DNA of 64,000 bases, from the NCBI GenBank assembly GCA_937903605.1, contig CALCZC010000025.1, forward strand, positions 67,275 to 131,274. Direction: 5' to 3'. Below the pieces are notes generated by a model that did not search any database, had not been told where the DNA came from, and saw nothing but the letters and a program-made list of their open reading frames with translations. The position numbers and the translations under genes were made by a program. Each line of letters opens with the position of its first letter. Within the stretch, counting starts at the first letter, position 1. Positions 20,553 through 27,352 of the stretch are shown here, one piece after another. The DNA comes from an uncultured bacterium (GTDB lineage: Bacteria > Patescibacteriota > Patescibacteriia > Magasanikbacterales > GWA2-37-8).

Positions 20553-20580
20553 AACACTTCACCCTATAGGTTGAAGTGTT
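20553..20580. repeat. Module-boundary palindrome, copy 2
   Basis: AACACTTCACCCTATAGGTTGAAGTGTT. Confidence 0.9.
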
Positions 20581-20589
20581 TGTTTTATA

Positions 20590-20618
20590 TTGACTTATAA
20601 CCCTGATCGTGTTATATT
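20590..20618 (+). promoter_or_regulatory. Sigma70 promoter with extended -10
   Basis: TTGACT-17-TATATT, TG immediately upstream of the -10. Confidence 0.7.
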
Positions 20619-20646
20619 TTAAATAGGAGACATTCAAAATTTATTA

Positions 20647-20868
20647 GCGCGAAATGCGCCGTATAATTCTGGTGAAAACCAAGGCAACCGGGGAAATCTG
20701 CCGGAGTGCCGTATGAATTATATCGACTAACCAAAAAGGCAATTGTCATTCCCGTACCCGTCAAGCGAGTATAAACTACAGCGGGAATCCAGTGGTCAAA
20801 GGCGGTTGGGAGATTTCATTCTAAGAGATAGTAATATCTTTTTGATGAAATCTCTTAGCCGCTTTTTT
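20647..20868 (+). ncRNA. Candidate structured leader or sRNA
   Basis: Three-way junction at 20662-20722, REP at 20744-20792, and a long hairpin plus U-tract at 20802-20868. Confidence 0.45.
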
Positions 20869-20912
20869 GTTTTTCAAAAAGGTCGAATCCGTAAAAACGG
20901 GAGAAAAACAAA

Positions 20913-21617
20913 ATGACTAATTTTAATTTTTTAACATCAATCTTTATGACACACAAAATACCTGAAGGATTAACCAAATGCAAAGTTTGCGGTTGGTATG
21001 ACGGACAAACGACCAGAGGTCAGTTCAATAACGGCGGGAGTTCCACTGAAAAAATCACCATATCCTGTCTTTGCAAAGGTTTGGTTTGTAAAAAATGCGG
21101 TCAAACCAAAATACCGAGACCTTGTTCCAATTCTTATGATGAAAAATCAAACACATTCGGACATTGGCCGTATTTCATCGGCATGATGACTACCTGTCCG
21201 GATTGCAGAAGGTTGGAAAAGATAATTGAAAAACCTTTTATCGGTTTTATCATTGATTGGAAAAAAATGTATTATGAAATAAATCTGGTCAATCCTACTG
21301 ATAGAAAAATTTCCAGCGTCTTGGCATATACAGGCGCGTTTTGCGGGGATACAGATGGCTTGATAGAGACAAGCAGGGTTACACGAGAAAAAGGGGAGAT
21401 GTTACCAAATTCATCAATTCTTTTGGAAAAAAGCGATGTTGACGGTTTGGAATTCGTGATTTGGTTTCATCTGGACATTTATTTTGAAGGAGAAGAAAAA
21501 CCCCTGAAAGTTTGGTTTAATATACCAAAAAATGGTTGGAATTATAAAGACAATGAAGAAATGCTTCCGGTATTGAATAAAAAAGGGCAAATAATAGAGT
21601 TAAAAGAGAGAAATTGA
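20913..21617 (+). CDS. Hypothetical protein with Cys-rich (zinc-binding) N-terminus
   Basis: CKVC, CLC, CKKC and CPDC; alternative start at 20946. Confidence 0.75.
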   Translation: MTNFNFLTSIFMTHKIPEGLTKCKVCGWYDGQTTRGQFNNGGSSTEKITISCLCKGLVCKKCGQTKIPRPCSNSYDEKSNTFGHWPYFIGMMTTCPDCRRLEKIIEKPFIGFIIDWKKMYYEINLVNPTDRKISSVLAYTGAFCGDTDGLIETSRVTREKGEMLPNSSILLEKSDVDGLEFVIWFHLDIYFEGEEKPLKVWFNIPKNGWNYKDNEEMLPVLNKKGQIIELKERN

Positions 21618-21619
21618 GA

Positions 21620-21648
21620 TTGTATTTTTCTTCCAAAAATGCTAAACT
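21620..21648 (+). promoter_or_regulatory. Promoter of HD gene copy 1
   Basis: TTGTAT-17-TAAACT with TG extension; homologous to 27170-27198. Confidence 0.6.
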
Positions 21649-21656
21649 TTATTCAG

Positions 21657-21684
21657 TGTCATTCCTGCGAAGGCAGGAATCCAG
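21657..21684 (+). repeat. TGTCAT REP, uninterrupted
   Basis: TGTCATTCCTGCGAAGGCAGGAATCCAG. Confidence 0.9.
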
Positions 21685-21754
21685 TGGTTAATTCGAATTT
21701 CTCGGTTATTCGGGGCATTTGGATATTAATTTGTAGTATTCGGATTATATCTAT

Positions 21755-22342
21755 ATGAAATTAACACCAAAAATATTAAAAGCTATTAATTTTGCTAGCA
21801 AAAAGCATAAAAAGGGGGTTAGAAAAGGGGACAAGGGGTTGCCTTATATTAGCCACTGTTTTGCAACTGCCTGGATCTTGAACAGCTTTACCAAAGATGA
21901 AGATGTGATTGTCGCCGGTTTGCTTCACGATGTTATCGAAGATGTCTTGGGGCCCAAGGGTTACAAAATACTTCAAGAAAAATTCGGTCAGCGCGTGGTT
22001 GATATTGTGAAGGGTGTTACCGAAGACAAAGATCCCAACAAAAAAGAAGATGAAAAGCCATGGATTGAAAGAAAACAAGATTATCTTGATCATCTCAAAA
22101 AAGATAGCAAGGAATCCATGATGGTAAGTACAGCGGATAAAATACACAATTTGCAGTCCATGCGCGATGCTTATCGCGAACAAGGGGAAAAATTATGGAA
22201 GAATTTCAACTCTCCGGCGGATAAAAAGCTTTGGTTTTATGAAGAGGTTTATAAGATAGTAAAGGGAAAATTGAGGAATAAAATTGTAGAAGAGTTAAAT
22301 AAACAAATTAAAGGAGCAAAATATGAATTTCATTTATATTAA
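21755..22342 (+). CDS. HD-domain small alarmone hydrolase (Mesh1/SpoT-HD-like), copy 1
   Basis: H....RK, PYISH, GLLHDVIED and ADKIHN motifs. Confidence 0.88.
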   Translation: MKLTPKILKAINFASKKHKKGVRKGDKGLPYISHCFATAWILNSFTKDEDVIVAGLLHDVIEDVLGPKGYKILQEKFGQRVVDIVKGVTEDKDPNKKEDEKPWIERKQDYLDHLKKDSKESMMVSTADKIHNLQSMRDAYREQGEKLWKNFNSPADKKLWFYEEVYKIVKGKLRNKIVEELNKQIKGAKYEFHLY

Positions 22343-23057
22343 AAAAAGTTCAGCTATTGCCGGAATTATAGCTTTAGCTTTTATTTTTGCCGGAGTCGGT
22401 TATTTTTTCAAAGATAAAATACAAAAACAAAATTTTGATAATTATATTAATGAAAATAATGCAGAAAATTATTTTGAAGTCGTTAAAAAAGCCGACATGT
22501 GTTTGATGATGGAGCCAAAAGATATTGATTGTTTTATTTATAAAGCCAATGCTTTGGCAAAAATGGCTTATATTGACGAGGCTCTGAAAGTGTTAACCGA
22601 TGCAAAAAAATATGTAAATAAATGGTCTGATGAGGGTGAAGATTTAATACACTTATATTATTCTATCAGTGACAGAGGAAAAACGGACAAATGGAATCTA
22701 ATTTTAGATCAAGATATTCAGTGGAAAGGAAAAATTGGTATAGGGTTGGAACAGATTGACGGTATAAAATTTTATTTTATCGGAGATGATGGAAAAACAT
22801 CGCGAACAGCCGGTTGGCAAGATTGGTTTTGGGTTTTACCAACATCGACAGAGGAAATTGTAATAGAGAAAGATGGATGGGTAGAATATATGCTCAAAAG
22901 TTTTGGAAATATTGATATAAATACCGTAGATTTTATTAGTGATACGTTTTTGATAACAGGTAAATATACTAATTTTGATTGTGGTTTCTATGGAGATTAT
23001 ATGTGTGTACCAATAGTTGCTGTTGAGAAAATTGAAAGAATAAAAAATAACAAATAA
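22323..23057 (+). CDS. Membrane-anchored hypothetical protein with a TPR-like helix pair
   Basis: N-terminal TM helix; P..IDCFIYKANALAKM...EAL pattern. Confidence 0.65.
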   Translation: MNFIYIKKSSAIAGIIALAFIFAGVGYFFKDKIQKQNFDNYINENNAENYFEVVKKADMCLMMEPKDIDCFIYKANALAKMAYIDEALKVLTDAKKYVNKWSDEGEDLIHLYYSISDRGKTDKWNLILDQDIQWKGKIGIGLEQIDGIKFYFIGDDGKTSRTAGWQDWFWVLPTSTEEIVIEKDGWVEYMLKSFGNIDINTVDFISDTFLITGKYTNFDCGFYGDYMCVPIVAVEKIERIKNNK

Positions 23058-23059
23058 AT

Positions 23060-23428
23060 ATGAAAATAGTTTATTCAAAATTCATTTCCGGTGCTTCTGC
23101 TTCGCGATTTAAAGTCAAAGGAGATAAAAAAAGTGTAAAAAATTGGAGAAATAATGTGATTGAACAAACCAAAGACGGGATAGGTATTATCAACAAAGAG
23201 TGTAGAATGAAAGTTATCTTTAAATTTCATTCAAGCAGATATCCAACAGATTTTCCATATGGTCCGGATTTAGATAACCACATAAAAAATTTATGGGATG
23301 GGCTTAATGAAACCATTTTTAAAAACGCACCAGGGCATGATAGTTGTGTAAAAATACTTCACGCGAGTAAACATAAAGTTGAAAAAGAAAAAGAAGCCGG
23401 AGTAAAAATAGAAATATCTTATATATAA
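23060..23428 (+). CDS. RusA-like Holliday junction resolvase
   Basis: PDLDNHIKNLWDGL...HDSCV resembles the RusA D-x-DN-x2-K-x3-D motif. Confidence 0.75.
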   Translation: MKIVYSKFISGASASRFKVKGDKKSVKNWRNNVIEQTKDGIGIINKECRMKVIFKFHSSRYPTDFPYGPDLDNHIKNLWDGLNETIFKNAPGHDSCVKILHASKHKVEKEKEAGVKIEISYI

Positions 23429-23474
23429 AATAAGAATATTTTCTATATTATTAAAAGCTAAAATAAGCCGGTTT

Positions 23475-23527
23475 TGTCATCCCCGCGAATCCGCCTTCGC
23501 CAGTTGGCGAATGGCGGAGGGGATCCG
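23475..23527 (+). repeat. TGTCAT REP with nested TCCGCC..GGCGGA insert
   Basis: TGTCATCCCCGCGAA-[TCCGCCTTCGCCAGTTGGCGAATGGCGGA]-GGGGATCC. Confidence 0.8.
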
Positions 23528-23649
23528 GTGGTTAATTTTTGTAATCTTTCAATTTCGTAATTTCGCCTTTTTTTGTATGCTTAGCTTGTCCGGCGTAACT
23601 TTAGTGAAGTCGGATTATATTGTCCGTAAAAATAATATTCTGTATTTCA

Positions 23650-23675
23650 AACACTTCAGCCTAGGTTGAAGTGTT
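23650..23675. repeat. Module-boundary palindrome, copy 3
   Basis: AACACTTCAGCCTAGGTTGAAGTGTT, inside a 64-bp direct repeat (23619-23682). Confidence 0.9.
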
Positions 23676-23711
23676 TTAATTTGCTTTGTTTTAGTAAAAT
23701 GTAGAACACAT

Positions 23712-23781
23712 TGTCATTCCTGCGAAAGCAGGAATCCAGCGGTCGTCTCAATTTTCCTATATTCCTGCTTTCGCAGGAATT
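23712..23781. repeat. Inverted TGTCAT REP pair, second copy decayed
   Basis: TGTCATTCCTGCGAAAGCAGGAATCCAG and ATTCCTGCTTTCGCAGGAAT. Confidence 0.8.
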
Positions 23782-23798
23782 ATGTTCTAAATCTTTAT

Positions 23799-23827
23799 TT
23801 GAATTTTATAATCAAAAAGAGTAAAAT
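23799..23827 (+). promoter_or_regulatory. Module promoter TTGAAT-17-TAAAAT
   Basis: The -10 ends 6 nt before the ATG, so the transcript is likely leaderless. Confidence 0.65.
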
Positions 23828-23833
23828 TCCATC

Positions 23834-24667
23834 ATGAAAAAACTTTATATTTCCATCATATTTCTACTATTTCTATCCGGTTGTACTTCCGAGGTTACGC
23901 AAAATAGTAAAGTAGAAATCAAAACCGAAAATCAAACCGTCACTGCGGTTGTTTCTTCTACCACAAATATAAAAATAAACGATGATTTTGATGATATAAA
24001 AACAGAAATTTTTGTTACTACCAATACCCCTACAAATTCAGAAAAAACTTTTTTGGTGACACGAGTTATTGACGGCGACACTATCGAGATAGAAGGCGGG
24101 CAAAAAGTGCGCTATATCGGTATAGACACTCCGGAAACTGTAGATCCGCGCAAACCCGTGCAATGTTTTGGCAAAGAAGCTTCCGCAAAAAACAAAGAAT
24201 TGGTGGAAGGCAAAAAAGTGCGTTTGGAAAAAGATGTTACAGACACGGATAAATACGGGCGCTTGTTGCGATACGTTTACATCGGCGATATTTTTGTAAA
24301 TCTGGAATTGGTCAAACAAGGTTACGCCTCCTCATATTCTTATCCGCCGGATATCAAATTTCAAAATATATTTTTGCAAGCTCAACAAGAAGCGCAAGCC
24401 AAGGATCTAGGTTTTTGGTCAGCTTGTGAAGAAAATAATATCCCCGAAATATCCACTCCTTCCATAAATACCACAACAAACAACAACAGCCCGACGGATT
24501 GTAAAATAAAAGGAAATATCAGTTCAAAAGAAGAAAAAATTTATCATTCTATAGGGTGTGATAGTTACGATCTTACAAAAATAGATGAGGCTAGGGGAGA
24601 GAGATGGTTTTGCACGGAAGAGGAAGCGGTGAACGCGGGGTGGAGAAAAGCATTAAATTGTCCGTAA
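23834..24667 (+). CDS. Thermonuclease (SNase) lipoprotein with C-terminal Cys/His domain
   Basis: Lipobox LSGC; VIDGDT, VRYIGIDTPE and DKYGRLLRY motifs; C-terminal CKIKGNIS..YH...C..Y..ERWFC. Confidence 0.92.
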   Translation: MKKLYISIIFLLFLSGCTSEVTQNSKVEIKTENQTVTAVVSSTTNIKINDDFDDIKTEIFVTTNTPTNSEKTFLVTRVIDGDTIEIEGGQKVRYIGIDTPETVDPRKPVQCFGKEASAKNKELVEGKKVRLEKDVTDTDKYGRLLRYVYIGDIFVNLELVKQGYASSYSYPPDIKFQNIFLQAQQEAQAKDLGFWSACEENNIPEISTPSINTTTNNNSPTDCKIKGNISSKEEKIYHSIGCDSYDLTKIDEARGERWFCTEEEAVNAGWRKALNCP

Positions 24668-24687
24668 AAATAATATTCTGTATTTTA

Positions 24688-24713
24688 AACACTTCACCCT
24701 AGGGTGAAGTGTT
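24688..24713. repeat. Module-boundary palindrome, copy 4
   Basis: AACACTTCACCCTAGGGTGAAGTGTT, a perfect palindrome inside direct repeat 24657-24720. Confidence 0.9.
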
Positions 24714-24747
24714 TTAATTTTGTTTTATATTAGCAAAAATTTGTTTC

Positions 24748-24776
24748 TTGAGTTTTTTAGGGAAAAGGAGTAAAAT
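24748..24776 (+). promoter_or_regulatory. Module promoter TTGAGT-17-TAAAAT
   Basis: Spacer TTTTTAGGGAAAAGGAG is nearly identical to that at 19372. Confidence 0.7.
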
Positions 24777-24802
24777 AAATGCATCTTATTTAACAAAAAT
24801 TT

Positions 24803-25465
24803 ATGAAATTAAAGGAGGTTCCCGTCGTCGATAGACCGCGGGAAAAGTTGGAAAAATATGGGGTAAATAGGCTCAGTGACAGCGAGCTTATGGCTATTTT
24901 GATTCGCACCGGGATTGTTGGTAAAAATGTTGTGGAGCTTTCCAAACAAATTTTGAAAAAAATTAAAAAACTCGGTTTGGAAAAAATGGAAATGAAGGAT
25001 TTATTGGAAATAAAAGGTTTGGGAAAAACCAAGGCCGGGCAGATATTGGCAAGCTTGGAAATCGGTCGCCGTTTTCTTCAAAACAAAAAATCCGAATTAA
25101 TACTTTCTCCGCAAGATGTTTGGAACGAAATGAAAGACTTGCGCGACAGTAAAAAAGAACATTTTGTTATTTTTTATCTAGACACGCAAAATCAAATTAT
25201 TAAAAGAGAAATTATTTCCGTCGGCACGTTAAACGAAAGTCTGATTCATCCGCGAGAAGTTTTTGAACCGGCTGTCAGATATTCCACGGCGCAAATAATC
25301 ATGGCGCACAACCATCCGTCCGGGAATTTGGAACCGTCGCCTGAAGATGTCGCAGTTTCAAGACGTTTGATAGACGCCGGAAATTTATTGGGGATTGAAG
25401 TTTTGGATCATATTATCATAACAAAGGACGGTTTTAAAAGCATGAAAGAATTAAAAATGTTATAG
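24803..25465 (+). CDS. radC: RadC (JAB domain) protein
   Basis: RPREKL, LSDSELMAI, HhH, HPREVF, HNHPSG..PS..D and LDHII motifs. Confidence 0.95.
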   Translation: MKLKEVPVVDRPREKLEKYGVNRLSDSELMAILIRTGIVGKNVVELSKQILKKIKKLGLEKMEMKDLLEIKGLGKTKAGQILASLEIGRRFLQNKKSELILSPQDVWNEMKDLRDSKKEHFVIFYLDTQNQIIKREIISVGTLNESLIHPREVFEPAVRYSTAQIIMAHNHPSGNLEPSPEDVAVSRRLIDAGNLLGIEVLDHIIITKDGFKSMKELKML

Positions 25466-25468
25466 GTT

Positions 25469-26089
25469 ATGTCAAATCACTATACAGAAAAATTAAAAGC
25501 GGCTTTAAAAAAACGAGTTTATGTTTACATAGACGCGGCTAATTTGGAACGCTCGGTACAGGATATGTGGGTAAACTCCAAAGATATTCCGGATAATTTA
25601 AAAGAAAATAAAGCGGAAGAGTTGCACTATCGCGTAGATTATCAAAAATTTAAAGCTTATTTTGACAAAATTTCCGATTTAAAAGAAATAAAATTTTATT
25701 CCGCCGATTTTAATAATGAAAAGCACAGTAAGTTTTTATGGTTTTTAAGTAAAATATTAAAATTTAAATTAGGAACAAAACCTTTGAAAGAATATACTGA
25801 CCACACTCCTGAAACTCCGCACCGAAAAGCAAATTTTGACGTAGAACTGGCGGTAGATGCTACTTATCATTTGAATAAATATGACACTTTGGTTTTGTTT
25901 TCAGGAGATTGTGATTTTGAATACCTGATCAAATTTTTGAAGGGTCATGGTAAAGTGGTTATTGTTTTTTCACGGGTCGGACATGTGGCCAAAGAACTTC
26001 CGCCAGCAAGCAGTTATTATTTTGACATAGTGGACTTTAGACAGGAATTGTTAAAAATAGAAACTAAAACGCAAAAAATCCCGCGATAA
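25469..26089 (+). CDS. NYN-domain (LabA/DUF88, PIN-like) ribonuclease
   Basis: YIDAAN, KANFDVELAVD and SGDCDF acidic motifs. Confidence 0.9.
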   Translation: MSNHYTEKLKAALKKRVYVYIDAANLERSVQDMWVNSKDIPDNLKENKAEELHYRVDYQKFKAYFDKISDLKEIKFYSADFNNEKHSKFLWFLSKILKFKLGTKPLKEYTDHTPETPHRKANFDVELAVDATYHLNKYDTLVLFSGDCDFEYLIKFLKGHGKVVIVFSRVGHVAKELPPASSYYFDIVDFRQELLKIETKTQKIPR

Positions 26090-26135
26090 AGCGGGATTCT
26101 GCAGTTGATTACAAGTGATACTGCTATCACCTGTA
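26073..26135 (-). ncRNA. Candidate ~60-nt sRNA convergent on the NYN 3' end
   Basis: Minus-strand TTGACA(26169-26164)-17-TATAGT(26146-26141), an internal hairpin, and terminator AATCCCGC/GCGGGATT + U6 overlapping the NYN stop. Confidence 0.55.
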
Positions 26136-26220
26136 ATTCAACTATACATTAATTTTACGATTTTGTCAATGTTATCCACAACGGAAAAAGTACCTAAGAT
26201 TGTTGTAATACTAAATAAAC

Positions 26221-26350
26221 AAAAAACCCAATCGGTTAGATTAGGCGCTTTGTTGAAGTAGCGTCTTAAAAAGTGGTTATCTGCGGCTTAAGTCCCGAGT
26301 TCCTCGGGGGAACACCACAGCGCTCTCTAAGCTATTATTGCATACTTCAA
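26221..26350 (-). ncRNA. Candidate ~130-nt rod-shaped sRNA
   Basis: Minus-strand TTGGCG-17-(TGg)TATATT promoter at 26383-26355, four stacked stems, terminator CCTAATC/GATTGGG + U6. Confidence 0.55.
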
Positions 26351-26406
26351 GATTAATATACCACAAAACCCCTTTTTCGCCAATATCAGCTTATCCACAG
26401 GTTTTT

Positions 26407-26433
26407 TGTCATCCTGAACTTGATTCAGGATCT
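26407..26433 (+). repeat. TGTCAT REP, variant stem
   Basis: TGTCATCCTGAACTTGATTCAGGATCT. Confidence 0.8.
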
Positions 26434-26473
26434 CCCTTTAAGTCTAATTTCGCCTGTTCAAGGCGGATTTTTT

Positions 26474-26501
26474 AACACTTCAGCCTGTAGGTTGAAGTGT
26501 T
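26474..26501. repeat. Module-boundary palindrome, copy 5
   Basis: AACACTTCAGCCTGTAGGTTGAAGTGTT. Confidence 0.9.
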
Positions 26502-26533
26502 TTTGTTTGGGTTGAATTAGCGAAAATTTATTT

Positions 26534-26562
26534 TTGACAAAATCACCAAAATATACTATACT
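26534..26562 (+). promoter_or_regulatory. Sigma70 promoter upstream of the riboswitch
   Basis: TTGACA-17-TATACT. Confidence 0.75.
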
Positions 26563-26590
26563 ACTAATAGTTACAATCTAAAATAATTAT

Positions 26591-26719
26591 TTATCAAGAG
26601 CGCAGGTAGTTTCTTCGCCGAGGCGGAGAACTTAGGGATCTAGCCCAAAATCTGCCGGCAACCTCTGTGGCTGACTGCCAAAGAAAGGTGCCAATTCTAG
26701 CCCGAATAGGGAAAGATGA
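26591..26719 (+). promoter_or_regulatory. SAM-I (S-box) riboswitch aptamer, variant with an extra hairpin in P2
   Basis: TTATCAAGAG, AGGGA..GCCC, CGGCAACC, AAGGTGCCAATTC and GAAAGATGA in canonical order; pseudoknot CTAG/CTAG. Confidence 0.88.
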
Positions 26720-26750
26720 TCGTCGATTTTTTGTTTCTTGAGCAAAAAGC

Positions 26751-26776
26751 ATCTTTCCCACCCGGGAAAGATTTTT
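26751..26776 (+). terminator. Riboswitch expression-platform terminator
   Basis: ATCTTTCCC-ACCC-GGGAAAGAT-TTTT. Its 5' arm (CATCTTTCCC) is also complementary to the aptamer 3' strand GGGAAAGATG (26709-26718), forming an antiterminator. Confidence 0.82.
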
Positions 26777-26795
26777 AATTTTTAATAATGAATAT

Positions 26796-27173
26796 ATGAT
26801 AACTGAAAATTTTAATACTTATACTTTTAAATTTTTATCAGGGGTTAAAAATAAAATGACGGAGTTTACCGAAGAACCGGATCTTATTGTTTATGAATCA
26901 ATAGGATTAGCCACGGCTGGCAGTGTAGAACATGCAATTATTCTTGCTTTACAACATAAAGAAGGTTTTTTAAAAGAGGCAGTAGGGTATAGAGTCAGAG
27001 AAAATAATGATATTATTAAAATTCTCAGCAAAGCCACGGGTAAAGATTATGTCGGAGTGGAGTTTTATAAGTTAAAAAGAAAAAATCAAGAAGAATTAAG
27101 TGGTATAGGTAAGTTTTTTGCGGACAATTTGAACAAGAATGTCCTGGAAGATCAAAAAAAGATGAAAAATTGA
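26796..27173 (+). CDS. Hypothetical protein under SAM-riboswitch control
   Basis: 125-aa ORF directly after the terminator; no recognisable family. Confidence 0.7.
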   Translation: MITENFNTYTFKFLSGVKNKMTEFTEEPDLIVYESIGLATAGSVEHAIILALQHKEGFLKEAVGYRVRENNDIIKILSKATGKDYVGVEFYKLKRKNQEELSGIGKFFADNLNKNVLEDQKKMKN

Positions 27174-27198
27174 AGTTTTCTTAAAAAAATGCTAAACT
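27170..27198 (+). promoter_or_regulatory. Promoter of HD gene copy 2
   Basis: TTGAAG-17-TAAACT with TG extension. Confidence 0.6.
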
Positions 27199-27352
27199 TT
27201 AATGGCAATATTCGTATAAATTTTAGTATAGCACTAGTATAATTAGTATCAATTATTCGTATCTATGAAATTAATATTAAATTAGTATAAATTTTAGTAT
27301 TACATTCGTATCATTAGTACAATTAGTATATTAGTATCAATTATTTGTATCT

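Noticed and set aside
20683-20710. Second SAM-I riboswitch (GGCAACC...GTGCC)
   Set aside because: Lacks the ATC-AAGAG start, the P2 GGGA/GCCC and the AAGAT end; kept only as an unknown structured leader.
20881-20910. c-di-AMP (ydaO) riboswitch-like GAATCC...CGGGAG
   Set aside because: Only a short resemblance; the remaining conserved stems are absent and the ORF starts immediately after.
17862-25465. Prophage (BRO-N, RusA, RadC, GIY-YIG)
   Set aside because: No integrase, terminase, capsid, tail or phage replication genes; the genes are individually promoted modules.
26172-26399. Replication origin
   Set aside because: Only two DnaA boxes, no dnaA/dnaN nearby and no evident unwinding element.
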